Shown piece after piece: positions 20,050 through 29,635 of a stretch of DNA of 64,000 bases (within the stretch, counting starts at the first letter, position 1; every line of letters begins with the position of its first letter). Source of the DNA: Candidatus Cloacimonadota bacterium (GTDB lineage Bacteria; Cloacimonadota; Cloacimonadia; JGIOTU-2); NCBI GenBank assembly GCA_034722995.1, contig JAYEOL010000008.1, positions 9,975-73,974 on the forward strand, written 5' to 3'. A program made the translations under genes and the position numbers. Under the pieces are notes generated by a model, which was not told where the DNA came from, did no database searches, and saw nothing but the letters and a program-made list of their open reading frames with translations.

Positions 20050-20246
20050 ACTGGTTAAACTAGTTAAATTGGTTGAATTAGTTCACCCCGTTAGATATTT
20101 ATGTTTTTATATAAATATTATACTATCAGCTTCATCCTTCATAGTACTACGGAGAACGGGCAATTGGTGGATATAAAAAAGAGTTATAAATTTTTTTATA
20201 AATTATCTAACGGGGTAAATTGGTAAATCGGTAAATTTAGGGACAA

Positions 20247-20855
20247 ATGCTTCACAATCTATTAAAAAACGAGGATATTATTCTGGCTTCAAAATCTCCA
20301 AGAAGAGCATTTCTTCTCCATCAAATTGGTCTTAAATTTTGTCAAATATCTTCGGATATTGAGGAAGTAGAAAATAGAATGTCTCCAGAAGACTTTGTTA
20401 CTTATTATTCAATGAGAAAAGCAGACAAAGTTTTTAAAACACATCCAAATTCTTTTGTAATCGGAGTTGATACTATTGTATTGATTGATAATAAAATATT
20501 AGGAAAACCGAAAAATCGCAAAGCAGCTAAAAAATTTTTACAAAACCTTTCCGGGAATTGTCATATTGTATTAAGTGGTATTTCAATATGCACAAGAAGG
20601 CAAAAGATATCAAATATTGAAAGGACTAAAGTATATTTCAACAAAATCTCAGAATCTGATATAGAAGAATATTTAAATACAAATGAACCTATGGATAAAG
20701 CAGGGGCTTATGGAATTCAAGGATTTGGAAGCCAGTTTATAAATAAGATTGAAGGTTGCTATTTTAATGTAATGGGTTTTCCAATTCCACTTTTTTATAA
20801 GATGTGCAACCGCCTGATCCGTTCAGGCTACCCAATTTCATCGGACGAAGGGTGA
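20247..20855 (+). CDS. maf: Maf-like nucleoside triphosphate pyrophosphatase / septum formation protein
   Basis: ILASKSPRRAFLL, GVDTIV and AGAYGIQG motifs of the Maf family. Confidence 0.8.
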   Translation: MLHNLLKNEDIILASKSPRRAFLLHQIGLKFCQISSDIEEVENRMSPEDFVTYYSMRKADKVFKTHPNSFVIGVDTIVLIDNKILGKPKNRKAAKKFLQNLSGNCHIVLSGISICTRRQKISNIERTKVYFNKISESDIEEYLNTNEPMDKAGAYGIQGFGSQFINKIEGCYFNVMGFPIPLFYKMCNRLIRSGYPISSDEG

Positions 20856-21019
20856 ATCGGGACATTACAAAATTAAATCATTTGTATAATATTTTTGTTA
20901 TGCTACTTTGAAAGATTGTCCTAAGGGTTGAAAGTTTTTTACTTCTTGTCGCTCTAATTTTGCTTTTACAAAATGTAAATCATTTGTACCAAATTAAGAC
21001 GCAAGTGAGGACACTTGCT

Positions 21020-22015
21020 CTACAATATCAAATATTTCTTCTCTAAACCCTCTGCCAACTTCTTTGCTTCAATTATCTTATAATATGTTTTGCCTATACT
21101 TATTTTTACATTACTTCTGTCTCTAATTTTTGTTATATACCTTAAGAGAATTTGTGCAGATAATTTAATTTCGTCAATGTTCAACTCTTGTTTACAATTT
21201 ATCACCCCAAGAGGTCCTGGAAATCTTTCAGCTTTTAAGGTTAATAAATCATCTGTAATTAAATTGTTTAGTTTTTCATTATCACTTTTTTTGCGTCCTA
21301 AAATCAATTTTGTGTTTTCAGAAATACGAAAATGTCTGCCTACATTTAGAAATTTTATATATTTCAAGGAAAACATATCATAACTTATTAAATCCTGTAA
21401 ACGTTTGCAATAACCCTCATCAGTCAGAAGACATCCTCCAGCAGGAGATGGGTAATTAGTAATCTTAAATTCTTTTGCCAGTTCAATCTGTATTTTTCTA
21501 CTTTTGCCTTGAATATCGTATAATTCTTCTTTGTTAATCCAGCCTTCCCTAATAGGTTTTGTATCTTGAAGAAGCTTTTGCGAAAGAGGTCTAATTATCA
21601 AATCTTTATATTCACAAAGTTTATCAACAGAATTTAAACCTGCAATAGATTGAGACTTTGGTCTTTGCCCCAATACTTCACCTGAAATCATAAAATCTGC
21701 ATTATATTCTTTTAGCATATCTCCTAATTTATTAAACATATATGCGTGACAATCTATGCAAGGATTTAAGTTTTTCCCATAACTATATTTTGGGCTTTTA
21801 ATGATATTTAGATATTCCTCTTCCAACTCTCTGATTTGCAATTTCAGCCCCAGCATTTCTGCGGATTTCTCTGCTTTTTTACAATCAAAAAAAGGTGATT
21901 CAAAACAAATCGGGATAACTTTGATGCCTTGCTGTTGAACAATTTTTGCGGCTAAAATACTATCTAATCCACCAGAGAATAGGGATAAAGTGGTATAGGA
22001 TTTTTTATCTTTCAT
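21020..22015 (-). CDS. PP-loop ATP pyrophosphatase (ThiI/LarE-like adenine nucleotide alpha-hydrolase) lacking a THUMP domain
   Basis: SLFSGGLDS PP-loop near the N-terminus, NPCIDCHAYMF, and ISGEVLGQRPKSQS resembling the ThiI GESLGQVASQT segment. 331 aa with an uncharacterised C-terminal ~150 aa. Confidence 0.5.
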   Translation of the reverse strand: MKDKKSYTTLSLFSGGLDSILAAKIVQQQGIKVIPICFESPFFDCKKAEKSAEMLGLKLQIRELEEEYLNIIKSPKYSYGKNLNPCIDCHAYMFNKLGDMLKEYNADFMISGEVLGQRPKSQSIAGLNSVDKLCEYKDLIIRPLSQKLLQDTKPIREGWINKEELYDIQGKSRKIQIELAKEFKITNYPSPAGGCLLTDEGYCKRLQDLISYDMFSLKYIKFLNVGRHFRISENTKLILGRKKSDNEKLNNLITDDLLTLKAERFPGPLGVINCKQELNIDEIKLSAQILLRYITKIRDRSNVKISIGKTYYKIIEAKKLAEGLEKKYLIL

Positions 22016-22066
22016 TAGGTGTAATTTTTTTAGAAATATATTAAAAATTTATAAGTTATTTTTCAC

Positions 22067-22945
22067 TTATAAGTTTTTTTTGTTTGTGCGATATTTTGCT
22101 TGTTTTTCAAGAAAAGTGGGTTGGGCATGGACATTTTTAACTTCATATTCTTTCGTCTTTAATCTATACTTCTCTTCAATACCACCTTTATTTATTCTAT
22201 CAAGAATTAGTTTATAATATTTTTCATCGATTTCAGCAGAAATGTATTGTCTATGAAGATTCTTGCATATTTCAATTTCAGAACCACTTCCACCAAAAAG
22301 TACTAAAACAATATCATTGTGCATTGTGCAAGATTTGATTAACATTTCAGAAAGCCTTTGTGGAATCTGGCAAACATGAAAGGTTTTCTCTTTACTGACA
22401 TTTTTAACTAAATCAAAATAGAACCAGTCGTATGGCATTCTCCCTTTAGAACCGTTTGCTAAATTCTTCAAGATTCGCTTATCTGTAGGATTTTTATAAG
22501 GAACTGCTACATTCTCTTTGTAAAATTTACTGTTTTTTGTTTTACGACAATGAAGTATACTTCTATGGGCTGTTGTAAAACGCTTTGGGGTGTGTCCAAC
22601 ATTAGTATTGTATGCCCAGACATAATCGGAGACCTCATAGCACGCTTTATCCAAATATTTTACCCTTAAATAAGCGTTCTGTTTAGGATAATTTATTAAA
22701 AACATATTCCCTGTATCTTTTAATACTCTCAGAGATTCTTTTGCCAACTCAATATACCATTCAATATACTCATCAAAACTTTTTGTATAAGACTTGTCAC
22801 CATACTTTATACCAACATTATAATCAGGATCACCATAAACCATATCAATGCTTTTATCTGGTAAATCTTTCAAAAGATCCATTATGTCACCTAAGAATAC
22901 TCTATCTAAGTAGTTTTTTATCGTTTTAGAATTTTCATTAGCCAT
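22067..22945 (-). CDS. beta-class DNA methyltransferase (N6-adenine or N4-cytosine)
   Basis: N-terminal DPDY (DPPY-like motif IV: YGDPDYNVG) and C-terminal FGGSGSE (motif I). This order is typical of beta-class amino-MTases (pfam01555-like). Confidence 0.75.
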   Translation of the reverse strand: MANENSKTIKNYLDRVFLGDIMDLLKDLPDKSIDMVYGDPDYNVGIKYGDKSYTKSFDEYIEWYIELAKESLRVLKDTGNMFLINYPKQNAYLRVKYLDKACYEVSDYVWAYNTNVGHTPKRFTTAHRSILHCRKTKNSKFYKENVAVPYKNPTDKRILKNLANGSKGRMPYDWFYFDLVKNVSKEKTFHVCQIPQRLSEMLIKSCTMHNDIVLVLFGGSGSEIEICKNLHRQYISAEIDEKYYKLILDRINKGGIEEKYRLKTKEYEVKNVHAQPTFLEKQAKYRTNKKNL

Positions 22946-23727
22946 TACAAGTACCTTTTGATAAGATTATACTGAGCATTTCTCAAAAATTTTATTGAGC
23001 CAATATTGTTTTCATCTGCAAAACTATAGTTATAAAGTCTAAATATTGAACTCCCCTTTTCCTTTTTTCTCAGTACATAGCAACAAGTAATTTGTTTTAT
23101 ATCCAATTTCTTTTCTTTCTTTAATATAGAATAATATTTGAAAGGATGAAATAACTGATAAACCGCAAAATTGTCAGGGAATCCATTTTTCCCTTCAAAA
23201 ATTGTTATCACTCCTCCAAGTTCCATTGTTAAATCTATTTCCATCTGAAGACTCTGTGCCATAATTTCTTCATTACCTACACAATAGGATAAACCTATCT
23301 TTGTCCGCCTAGCGTTATAGACCTTCGGATTGGCTACTATATCTTCGTAAAGAAAATCATGTATTATTCTCTGATTACTAGCTACTGATAATATATTTGA
23401 TTCACTTTTATCAAACTCATTTAATAAACTTTTGCGATATTTCCAATCAAAGATATTATCCTTGCTGATTGCTTCAAAGAGATGAAATCCATTTTTTATA
23501 CCCTTTATAAATTTATGCCTCCCCTTTCCTAAATGTAAAATAAAATAATCTTCATCTAATAAAATCCGTGGAAATTTTGAAGTATCATCAAGTTTTGTTA
23601 CATCAAAGGGATTACCAAATCCATATTTTTTACATACCTGTTTTACTAGTCCATTATCAAAAACAAAGTTGCTTTTCAGCTTGCATATTTTAAATATCTC
23701 TATTATTACATCCTGTTTTCTTCCCAT
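22945..23727 (-). CDS. hypothetical protein coupled to the MTase; candidate cognate restriction endonuclease
   Basis: Its stop overlaps the MTase start. A possible PD-(D/E)xK-like arrangement (IDLTMELGGVITIFEGK). No recognisable family. Confidence 0.3.
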   Translation of the reverse strand: MGRKQDVIIEIFKICKLKSNFVFDNGLVKQVCKKYGFGNPFDVTKLDDTSKFPRILLDEDYFILHLGKGRHKFIKGIKNGFHLFEAISKDNIFDWKYRKSLLNEFDKSESNILSVASNQRIIHDFLYEDIVANPKVYNARRTKIGLSYCVGNEEIMAQSLQMEIDLTMELGGVITIFEGKNGFPDNFAVYQLFHPFKYYSILKKEKKLDIKQITCCYVLRKKEKGSSIFRLYNYSFADENNIGSIKFLRNAQYNLIKRYL

Positions 23728-23829
23728 ATTATTAATCTCCTATTTAACAGTATCATCTCATAAATTTTGTTAAGAATTACTATTTTTCTTATTACTAAAA
23801 AAGCTAATCTATTTTCTGTCAAGGATTTC

Positions 23830-24894
23830 CTAATCAAAATTAATTTTAATTCCAAACCCGACTTTCTTTACAGAATATTCCTTTTCGTCTGACACAAAAT
23901 TTCCAGCAGGTGCAGAAACATTTCTTGTTTCAAAATTGTAAAAAACTTTTATATCAAAAATAAAAAAGAAGGGATAAATAAGACTGCCTTCAAACTTGAA
24001 TATGTTATCTTTTCTGCCAGAATGATACGGATCTGTAGAAGGTAAGTATTTAGATTGAAAAAATCTATTCTCAAATTCAAGTGATATAAATAATCTTAAA
24101 TCTTTTGCAAAATCAAGACTTTTTATTGGAATAGTGATTGCACCATAATAAATATCAGATTCATAAGATGGGTCTCTTATTTCATTCATGCCTGTAATAT
24201 CATCAAAAGCTTTATCTGCCTGTGCAAGCGATTGTTTGTAAGAGTATCTAAACTTTAATCTAAGATTCTCATAAGGAAAAATTGTAACTGCAAGTAAGTT
24301 CTTAAAATCATCTGAATCGTATTCACCAAAATATTTGTTATAATAATTCTGTGAATATTCAAACTGATACCCAAAATGAATTAAATATATCAATTTTAAA
24401 TTCAAACCAGAACGATAAATATTCTTTGAATATGAAAATTTTCTATAAATATTTTCATCGTCAAGTAGGCTATTATAATGGTTTATATAAATATGTGGAA
24501 AATAAAGGTATTTGAGTAAAATATTAAAATTTCGGCTGAAATATTGTTTTAGCTCTGCACCAAAATAGTGATAATTTTTTATGCTGTTATTCCAGAATTT
24601 GTTATACTTAAAAATTATCCTATCAATTTGTGTATGTCCTGTAATTAATCTGTGTTTAATTCCCAATTCGTGTCTAACAGATGTAACAATATCATCCACA
24701 GAGTTAATATGGAATTTGGCAGGATTTACGGAATGTTTGAAATCGTCAATGCTTTTTGACGAAAGTTTTATTATGTTGCTGTCGTAATAATTTTCTATTT
24801 CAATTTTGTTGAGCAGAGAAATATTGTTGAACTCTGCAAAGGAAGGTTCAGATATTGCAATAAAAAAAAATAAGAAAAGAACTCTCTTTATCAT
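23830..24894 (-). CDS. putative outer-membrane beta-barrel protein
   Basis: Likely start at internal Met MIKRVLFLFFFIAISEPSFA (signal peptide). The ORF extension to 24972 runs through a GC-rich hairpin. Body rich in alternating aromatic/hydrophilic residues; ends VGFGIKINFD. Confidence 0.4.
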   Translation of the reverse strand: MIKRVLFLFFFIAISEPSFAEFNNISLLNKIEIENYYDSNIIKLSSKSIDDFKHSVNPAKFHINSVDDIVTSVRHELGIKHRLITGHTQIDRIIFKYNKFWNNSIKNYHYFGAELKQYFSRNFNILLKYLYFPHIYINHYNSLLDDENIYRKFSYSKNIYRSGLNLKLIYLIHFGYQFEYSQNYYNKYFGEYDSDDFKNLLAVTIFPYENLRLKFRYSYKQSLAQADKAFDDITGMNEIRDPSYESDIYYGAITIPIKSLDFAKDLRLFISLEFENRFFQSKYLPSTDPYHSGRKDNIFKFEGSLIYPFFFIFDIKVFYNFETRNVSAPAGNFVSDEKEYSVKKVGFGIKINFD

Positions 24895-24920
24895 TCTTCT
24901 GTCACTCCACCCGTGCGTCT

Positions 24921-24946
24921 CGTTCCCAACGCCCTCGTTGGGAACG
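24921..24946. repeat. GC-rich hairpin CGTTCCCAACG-N4-CGTTGGGAACG
   Basis: Perfect 11-bp inverted repeat in an otherwise AT-rich spacer, between the 24969-25865 gene and the beta-barrel gene. Confidence 0.5.
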
Positions 24947-24968
24947 GAGAAGGAAGGAATTACATTTT

Positions 24969-25865
24969 TCATTCTTGTATCACTCCCACTGCTGATTTGT
25001 TTATATAAAATCTGAAAATCAACTCACGATTTGCGTCACAATCCTTAATAATAATATGATGCATTCCTTTAGAAAACTTAATAATATTCACATCTCCACT
25101 TGAAGGTATCTTATCTTTATAATCTGCAAAAACTGCTTTAGCAGATTTATGGGCTTCTTCCTGAAAAATAGTTAACAATTTTCCATTGTCATACAATTCA
25201 AACCGATAATTATATTTCTTCACAATTGGATTATCAAAAACTAAACGACTAATAATTTTTAACAAAACAGGACCTTCAAGGAGTAATCTTATCTCACTTG
25301 ATTTTGGAATATAATATGTATATTCTTTTTCATTAATAAGCAAAACTCTTACATCATAACTATTCTGTGGACTTATAGCAATATACTCATTTTCAATATT
25401 TTTTGTTCTTATTGTGTTATCACGAATCTTAATAAGTAATTGTTGATTTGAAATATTTTTTATAACAATATTATTGATATCTTTATCAGATTTGAATACA
25501 TATTTATTAAAGGTTGAGATTTTTTCACCTTCTAATCCTCTGGATACATCACTAACTCTGGCAGATTTTTCAACCTTCTTTTCTTCGCTATTGATAATGA
25601 ATAGATACTTATAACTCAGTTTGTAATCTTCTTCTAAAATTAGCCTTGAATATATTCGTAAACTATCTATATTTGAAGTTCTTATCTTTATTTCTTCTTC
25701 TGGAAGTATAAGAAAGTATTTTATAATTTTTCTTACTTTTGAATTGAAGATTAAAAATTCGTCTGCAGTCTTTACATAATTAATTTTTGAAGCATTATTT
25801 TTTGCAAGAACAATATTAAACATTAGGATAGCAAAAATCAATATAACTATAAATTTATTTTTCAT
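24969..25865 (-). CDS. secreted/periplasmic hypothetical protein
   Basis: Signal peptide MKNKFIVILIFAILMFNIVLA. 298 aa. Co-oriented and tightly spaced with the pgs genes. Confidence 0.5.
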   Translation of the reverse strand: MKNKFIVILIFAILMFNIVLAKNNASKINYVKTADEFLIFNSKVRKIIKYFLILPEEEIKIRTSNIDSLRIYSRLILEEDYKLSYKYLFIINSEEKKVEKSARVSDVSRGLEGEKISTFNKYVFKSDKDINNIVIKNISNQQLLIKIRDNTIRTKNIENEYIAISPQNSYDVRVLLINEKEYTYYIPKSSEIRLLLEGPVLLKIISRLVFDNPIVKKYNYRFELYDNGKLLTIFQEEAHKSAKAVFADYKDKIPSSGDVNIIKFSKGMHHIIIKDCDANRELIFRFYINKSAVGVIQE

Positions 25866-25868
25866 GGA

Positions 25869-26984
25869 CTAATCCTTGTTTGAAATATTAATTTCCTTTT
25901 CTGTAAATTTTTGCTGTTTGTGGTCAAAAAAGATTACAATTAAGATTAATATTACCATAATAGCAAGTGAAATTGCGGTAATAGTGATATTGTAATGTTC
26001 TTCCACAAAAACTTTTCCAATTCCGGGTTTAGGTAAAGGAACTGGTGCAATTGGTAAGTCATATATTTCAGCGATTTTAGGAATATCAAGTAAATGGAGA
26101 ATGGGAACTCCTTTTTCAGCAAAAAGAAACATTGTTCCCTTTACAGGAATATTTTTTGTAGAAACATGCCTATGCAGACCAGGTGATAAAAGTTTGCCAT
26201 TTATTGCATCACCAAGACTTGACAATCCACCACCGATGTTTACATATAATTTAATCTCATTATTTGAATAATTTGAAAATAGTGACATTTTTTCTTCAAT
26301 ATTTTTTTCAAGGCTATTTTCTTTTATAAATTGAATATTATTTCTTTTAATTGCTTTTATTATCAAATCTCTGCCGACTTTGCTTAATCCTCTTCCTAAA
26401 TCTCTTCCTCCACCAAGAGAAGCTGCTATACTTTTATATTGGAAAATACCTTTATTATAAAGTAATGACTCAATATCTAACCATGTAAAATCCGGGTCAG
26501 TTGTGCCAAACATAGAAGCTCCCACTGAGTTTATAATAACTAAATCTAAATCCAATACTTTGGCAGCACTCATCACTGCAATGTTTAAAGCAGGCATAGA
26601 GCCTGTGCAACTGACTGCAACCAAATCGCCCTTTTTCAATTTTGCCTTTTTAAAATAATCAACTATTACAGCAGCAAAATTTGGATTTAGTGTTGTTAGC
26701 TTTGCCAGTAAACTTCCCCTATCCGTTGTTATCTCAGTTTCTTTCTCTCCAATTAAAGCTGTCTTATTTGGGTCATTCTGCTCATCAATAAATATATTCT
26801 GATTCAACCGATATTTGCGGATTATTTCTTCAGATTCTTTCATTAATTTTGCAGAAGCAAGCTTTTCCTCAAAATACTTTTCTTTAATAAATACACGACT
26901 TTTGAAAGACCAAATGAATAGAATTATTGCTATGAGCAAAAGAATTATTAAACTTAGTTTTGATTTTGCACTTGGAATAAACAT
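25869..26984 (-). CDS. membrane-anchored protein downstream of pgsBC; tentatively a poly-gamma-glutamate system protein
   Basis: One N-terminal TM plus a C-terminal TM. Positioned immediately downstream of pgsB-pgsC, as the PGA-system accessory protein is in other PGA loci. The family assignment is from memory only. Confidence 0.4.
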   Translation of the reverse strand: MFIPSAKSKLSLIILLLIAIILFIWSFKSRVFIKEKYFEEKLASAKLMKESEEIIRKYRLNQNIFIDEQNDPNKTALIGEKETEITTDRGSLLAKLTTLNPNFAAVIVDYFKKAKLKKGDLVAVSCTGSMPALNIAVMSAAKVLDLDLVIINSVGASMFGTTDPDFTWLDIESLLYNKGIFQYKSIAASLGGGRDLGRGLSKVGRDLIIKAIKRNNIQFIKENSLEKNIEEKMSLFSNYSNNEIKLYVNIGGGLSSLGDAINGKLLSPGLHRHVSTKNIPVKGTMFLFAEKGVPILHLLDIPKIAEIYDLPIAPVPLPKPGIGKVFVEEHYNITITAISLAIMVILILIVIFFDHKQQKFTEKEINISNKD

Positions 26985-27224
26985 CTTACTCCTATGAATT
27001 ATTTGGTATCTGCTCGTAAATTGTAGAGTCCCGATGATATCGGGATCTCAATTGCTCTAAATATCATTTTAATTTAGTACAATTTATCGCAAATGAAGAC
27101 ATTTGCATTACAAATACCCAAAAAGGACTTTACGGACAGACACTATTCAGCCACGAGTTAATACAGAAATTTTCTAAATATTATGTTAAACACTTAGTGG
27201 TCTTTGTGCTCTTTGTGTTTCAAC

Positions 27225-27692
27225 TTAGCTAATCATTTTCCCGCCAAAAACAATTATTAATATAAATCTTACTATTACTGCAGCAATACCCATCACAGTT
27301 AGAGTAGGGACAATTCCCTGTCTGTCCATTGAATTTGCAATTAATCCTGGAATGATATAACCAATAACCTGAATCGTATAATTACTCGGTAATGTAAAAA
27401 ACAATCCATATGAACGTGCTACCCATCCAAATATAAAACCCAGGAGAACAGAGATCACCATCCGCCTTCTTCCATAAATAAACATAAATGAACCAAGCAA
27501 TTTAACAACTCCATAAACAATAAAACTGATCAGTAAAGTTGCAAAGATAGTCCACGGCTGATGAAGATACATTGCAATATAACCGCATACAACTATTCCG
27601 CCAGCGGCAACCCCAAAAGTTTCTAAAAAGAAAAGGCTGATAATTACCCCAAAACCAACCGAGACTTCAAACATATAAATCTCCCTTTTCAC
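27225..27692 (-). CDS. pgsC: poly-gamma-glutamate synthesis membrane protein PgsC/CapC
   Basis: 155-aa polytopic membrane protein directly downstream of pgsB, overlapping it. Size and hydropathy match CapC. Confidence 0.65.
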   Translation of the reverse strand: MKREIYMFEVSVGFGVIISLFFLETFGVAAGGIVVCGYIAMYLHQPWTIFATLLISFIVYGVVKLLGSFMFIYGRRRMVISVLLGFIFGWVARSYGLFFTLPSNYTIQVIGYIIPGLIANSMDRQGIVPTLTVMGIAAVIVRFILIIVFGGKMIS

Positions 27693-28836
27693 TGAAATAT
27701 TTTACTATAATTCTGCCATTTCCGCCAATATTTCCAATCCCAATTAATAATATTTTTCTTGATCTAACCTTTAATACTTGTTTGATAAGATTTTCTCCCT
27801 CAATCCAGCCAGGATTACAAATTTTGTCTGAATAAATTTTGTGCTTTAAAGCATAGGATTTTATTCTTGAAGTTTCCTCGCCAATCAAATAAAGCATATC
27901 AAATTCAATTTCACTAAGCATCTTAATCAACTGTTTTGAACGGAACATTCGGTCAGCGCGAGTATTTAATATAATTCCAGTATATTCAATATCTATATCC
28001 ATATTTTTTATGTAATTCATAACAAACTTCGTTGATTCAGGATCGTTGGCAGCAAAAGAATGAGCAAAATAGATTTCCTTGGTTTTATCCTTTAACAAAA
28101 ATAATTTTGTAGCTCCAATATCTGGATTGACTTTTTTCATACCATTCAGAGCAATCTCTTTTTTTACGCCACAACTTTCACAAACCTTCAAAGACAAAGC
28201 TACATTCTCCTTATGTTCAATATAAGAAAATCCTTTCATTTCATCATCTGTTATACTATTGCTTTTCATAAGTTGTATGTTAATGTCTTGCTTATCGGAA
28301 ATCTGTTTCATAAAAGGAAATAGCTTCTGCTCGGATGTAAAAGCCTTTCCATTTTTAGGTAATGTATTACATATTGATTTTGCAACATTTTTTATGCCTG
28401 GTCCCATCACATCAAGATGATCAGGTCTTATATTGGTAATCACCCCAATATCGGATTTGGTCATCTTCTGTTCAGTTATCCATTGATATTCAGGATTAAT
28501 TGCCATACATTCAAGAACCAATGCATTTATATTTCTTTTAGAAGCAAATCTGAATATCTTTAATTGTTCCCTAATATTTGCACCAAAGTATCTGACAATA
28601 GGAATTTCATTTCCATTCTCTAAAATTATTCGTGGCGCAGAACCAGTAGTTTTTGCAATTGTTTTTATGTCTCCTGCTCGTAAACCTGCTGCTATCAACC
28701 TTGTAACACTTGATTTTCCACGAGTGCCATTTACATGAATCACCAGAGGAATTCTTCCTCTATATTTTTGATGACGCCTGTATTCAAAAATGGCATAGAT
28801 TATAAATATTACCAGACTGATTGCTAATATAAGCAT
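27667..28836 (-). CDS. pgsB: poly-gamma-glutamate synthase PgsB/CapB (Mur-ligase-like amide ligase)
   Basis: IHVNGTRGKSSVTRLIAAGL P-loop and VLECMAINPEYQ match the CapB/PgsB signature. Confidence 0.8.
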   Translation of the reverse strand: MLILAISLVIFIIYAIFEYRRHQKYRGRIPLVIHVNGTRGKSSVTRLIAAGLRAGDIKTIAKTTGSAPRIILENGNEIPIVRYFGANIREQLKIFRFASKRNINALVLECMAINPEYQWITEQKMTKSDIGVITNIRPDHLDVMGPGIKNVAKSICNTLPKNGKAFTSEQKLFPFMKQISDKQDINIQLMKSNSITDDEMKGFSYIEHKENVALSLKVCESCGVKKEIALNGMKKVNPDIGATKLFLLKDKTKEIYFAHSFAANDPESTKFVMNYIKNMDIDIEYTGIILNTRADRMFRSKQLIKMLSEIEFDMLYLIGEETSRIKSYALKHKIYSDKICNPGWIEGENLIKQVLKVRSRKILLIGIGNIGGNGRIIVKYFSEKGDLYV

Positions 28837-28891
28837 AGGACTTTACATTAATATTTAGATTCTATGTCTATTTATAATTAGACACAAAATT

Positions 28892-29635
28892 TCATATAAT
28901 TTTTATTCTATCTTTCTCAATCCATCCACCGTTTCCAGATTGTAGTTTTATTAGAACCCAATTTTTATCAAATCTCTCAATCTTAATTTTTAATCCCTCA
29001 TGTATAGTAAAAACCTGTTGAAAGTCTTTACTGGGTCCACTATATGCAAAAACTGTTTCATCAATGATTACTGCGAAATCTTTGTTATGAAATTCATGCA
29101 ATCTTGCAACAGTAAATATTAAAAATATCATAAAAAGGATTGAAAGAATGACCATAAAAACTTTTATAACTCTTTTTGTTGACGATTTATTAGCTAAAAT
29201 TACAAGTACAATCGTAAACATTATTAAAATGAAACATATCAATACAAAGATTGCAAGCATATTTATTGAAAGAAAGTAATACATTTTTTTTAAAATATGC
29301 GACAAAAAAGTTTCTTTAGTTTCTTCCTTATCTTTAAGTCTTGATTTTAATAATTCTAAATTAAAAATAAGGTCCTTGTCTAAAGGTCTAAATTTCAATG
29401 CTTTTTCATAAAATAATCTTGCAAAACCATAATTTTCAAGCTTAAAATAAGTATTACCTAAATTATAGAACAGATTAAAATTCTTTATCCCTTTTTTCAC
29501 CAATTCTTCATAAGAATCTCTTGCTTTTTCATATTCCTGATTTTGATATGCGTTGTTAGCTTTTGAAATGTCATATCCGGCAAGTAGTTGCAAATTAATA
29601 AAAAATAAAATAATTAACAAAATTACCTTTTTCAC
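28892..29635 (-). CDS. batE: BatE-like protein (TPR, TM helix, C-terminal SH3-like domain)
   Basis: Signal peptide, TPR-like N-terminus, central TM helix. Terminal position in the bat operon. Confidence 0.55.
   Translation of the reverse strand: MKKVILLIILFFINLQLLAGYDISKANNAYQNQEYEKARDSYEELVKKGIKNFNLFYNLGNTYFKLENYGFARLFYEKALKFRPLDKDLIFNLELLKSRLKDKEETKETFLSHILKKMYYFLSINMLAIFVLICFILIMFTIVLVILANKSSTKRVIKVFMVILSILFMIFLIFTVARLHEFHNKDFAVIIDETVFAYSGPSKDFQQVFTIHEGLKIKIERFDKNWVLIKLQSGNGGWIEKDRIKII

Noticed and set aside
24895-24972. N-terminal 26-aa extension of the beta-barrel ORF (start at 24972)
   Set aside because: The extension reads through a GC-rich hairpin and lacks a signal peptide. The internal Met at 24894 gives a canonical signal peptide. 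The ATG at 24972 overlaps the stop of the upstream gene only by coincidence.
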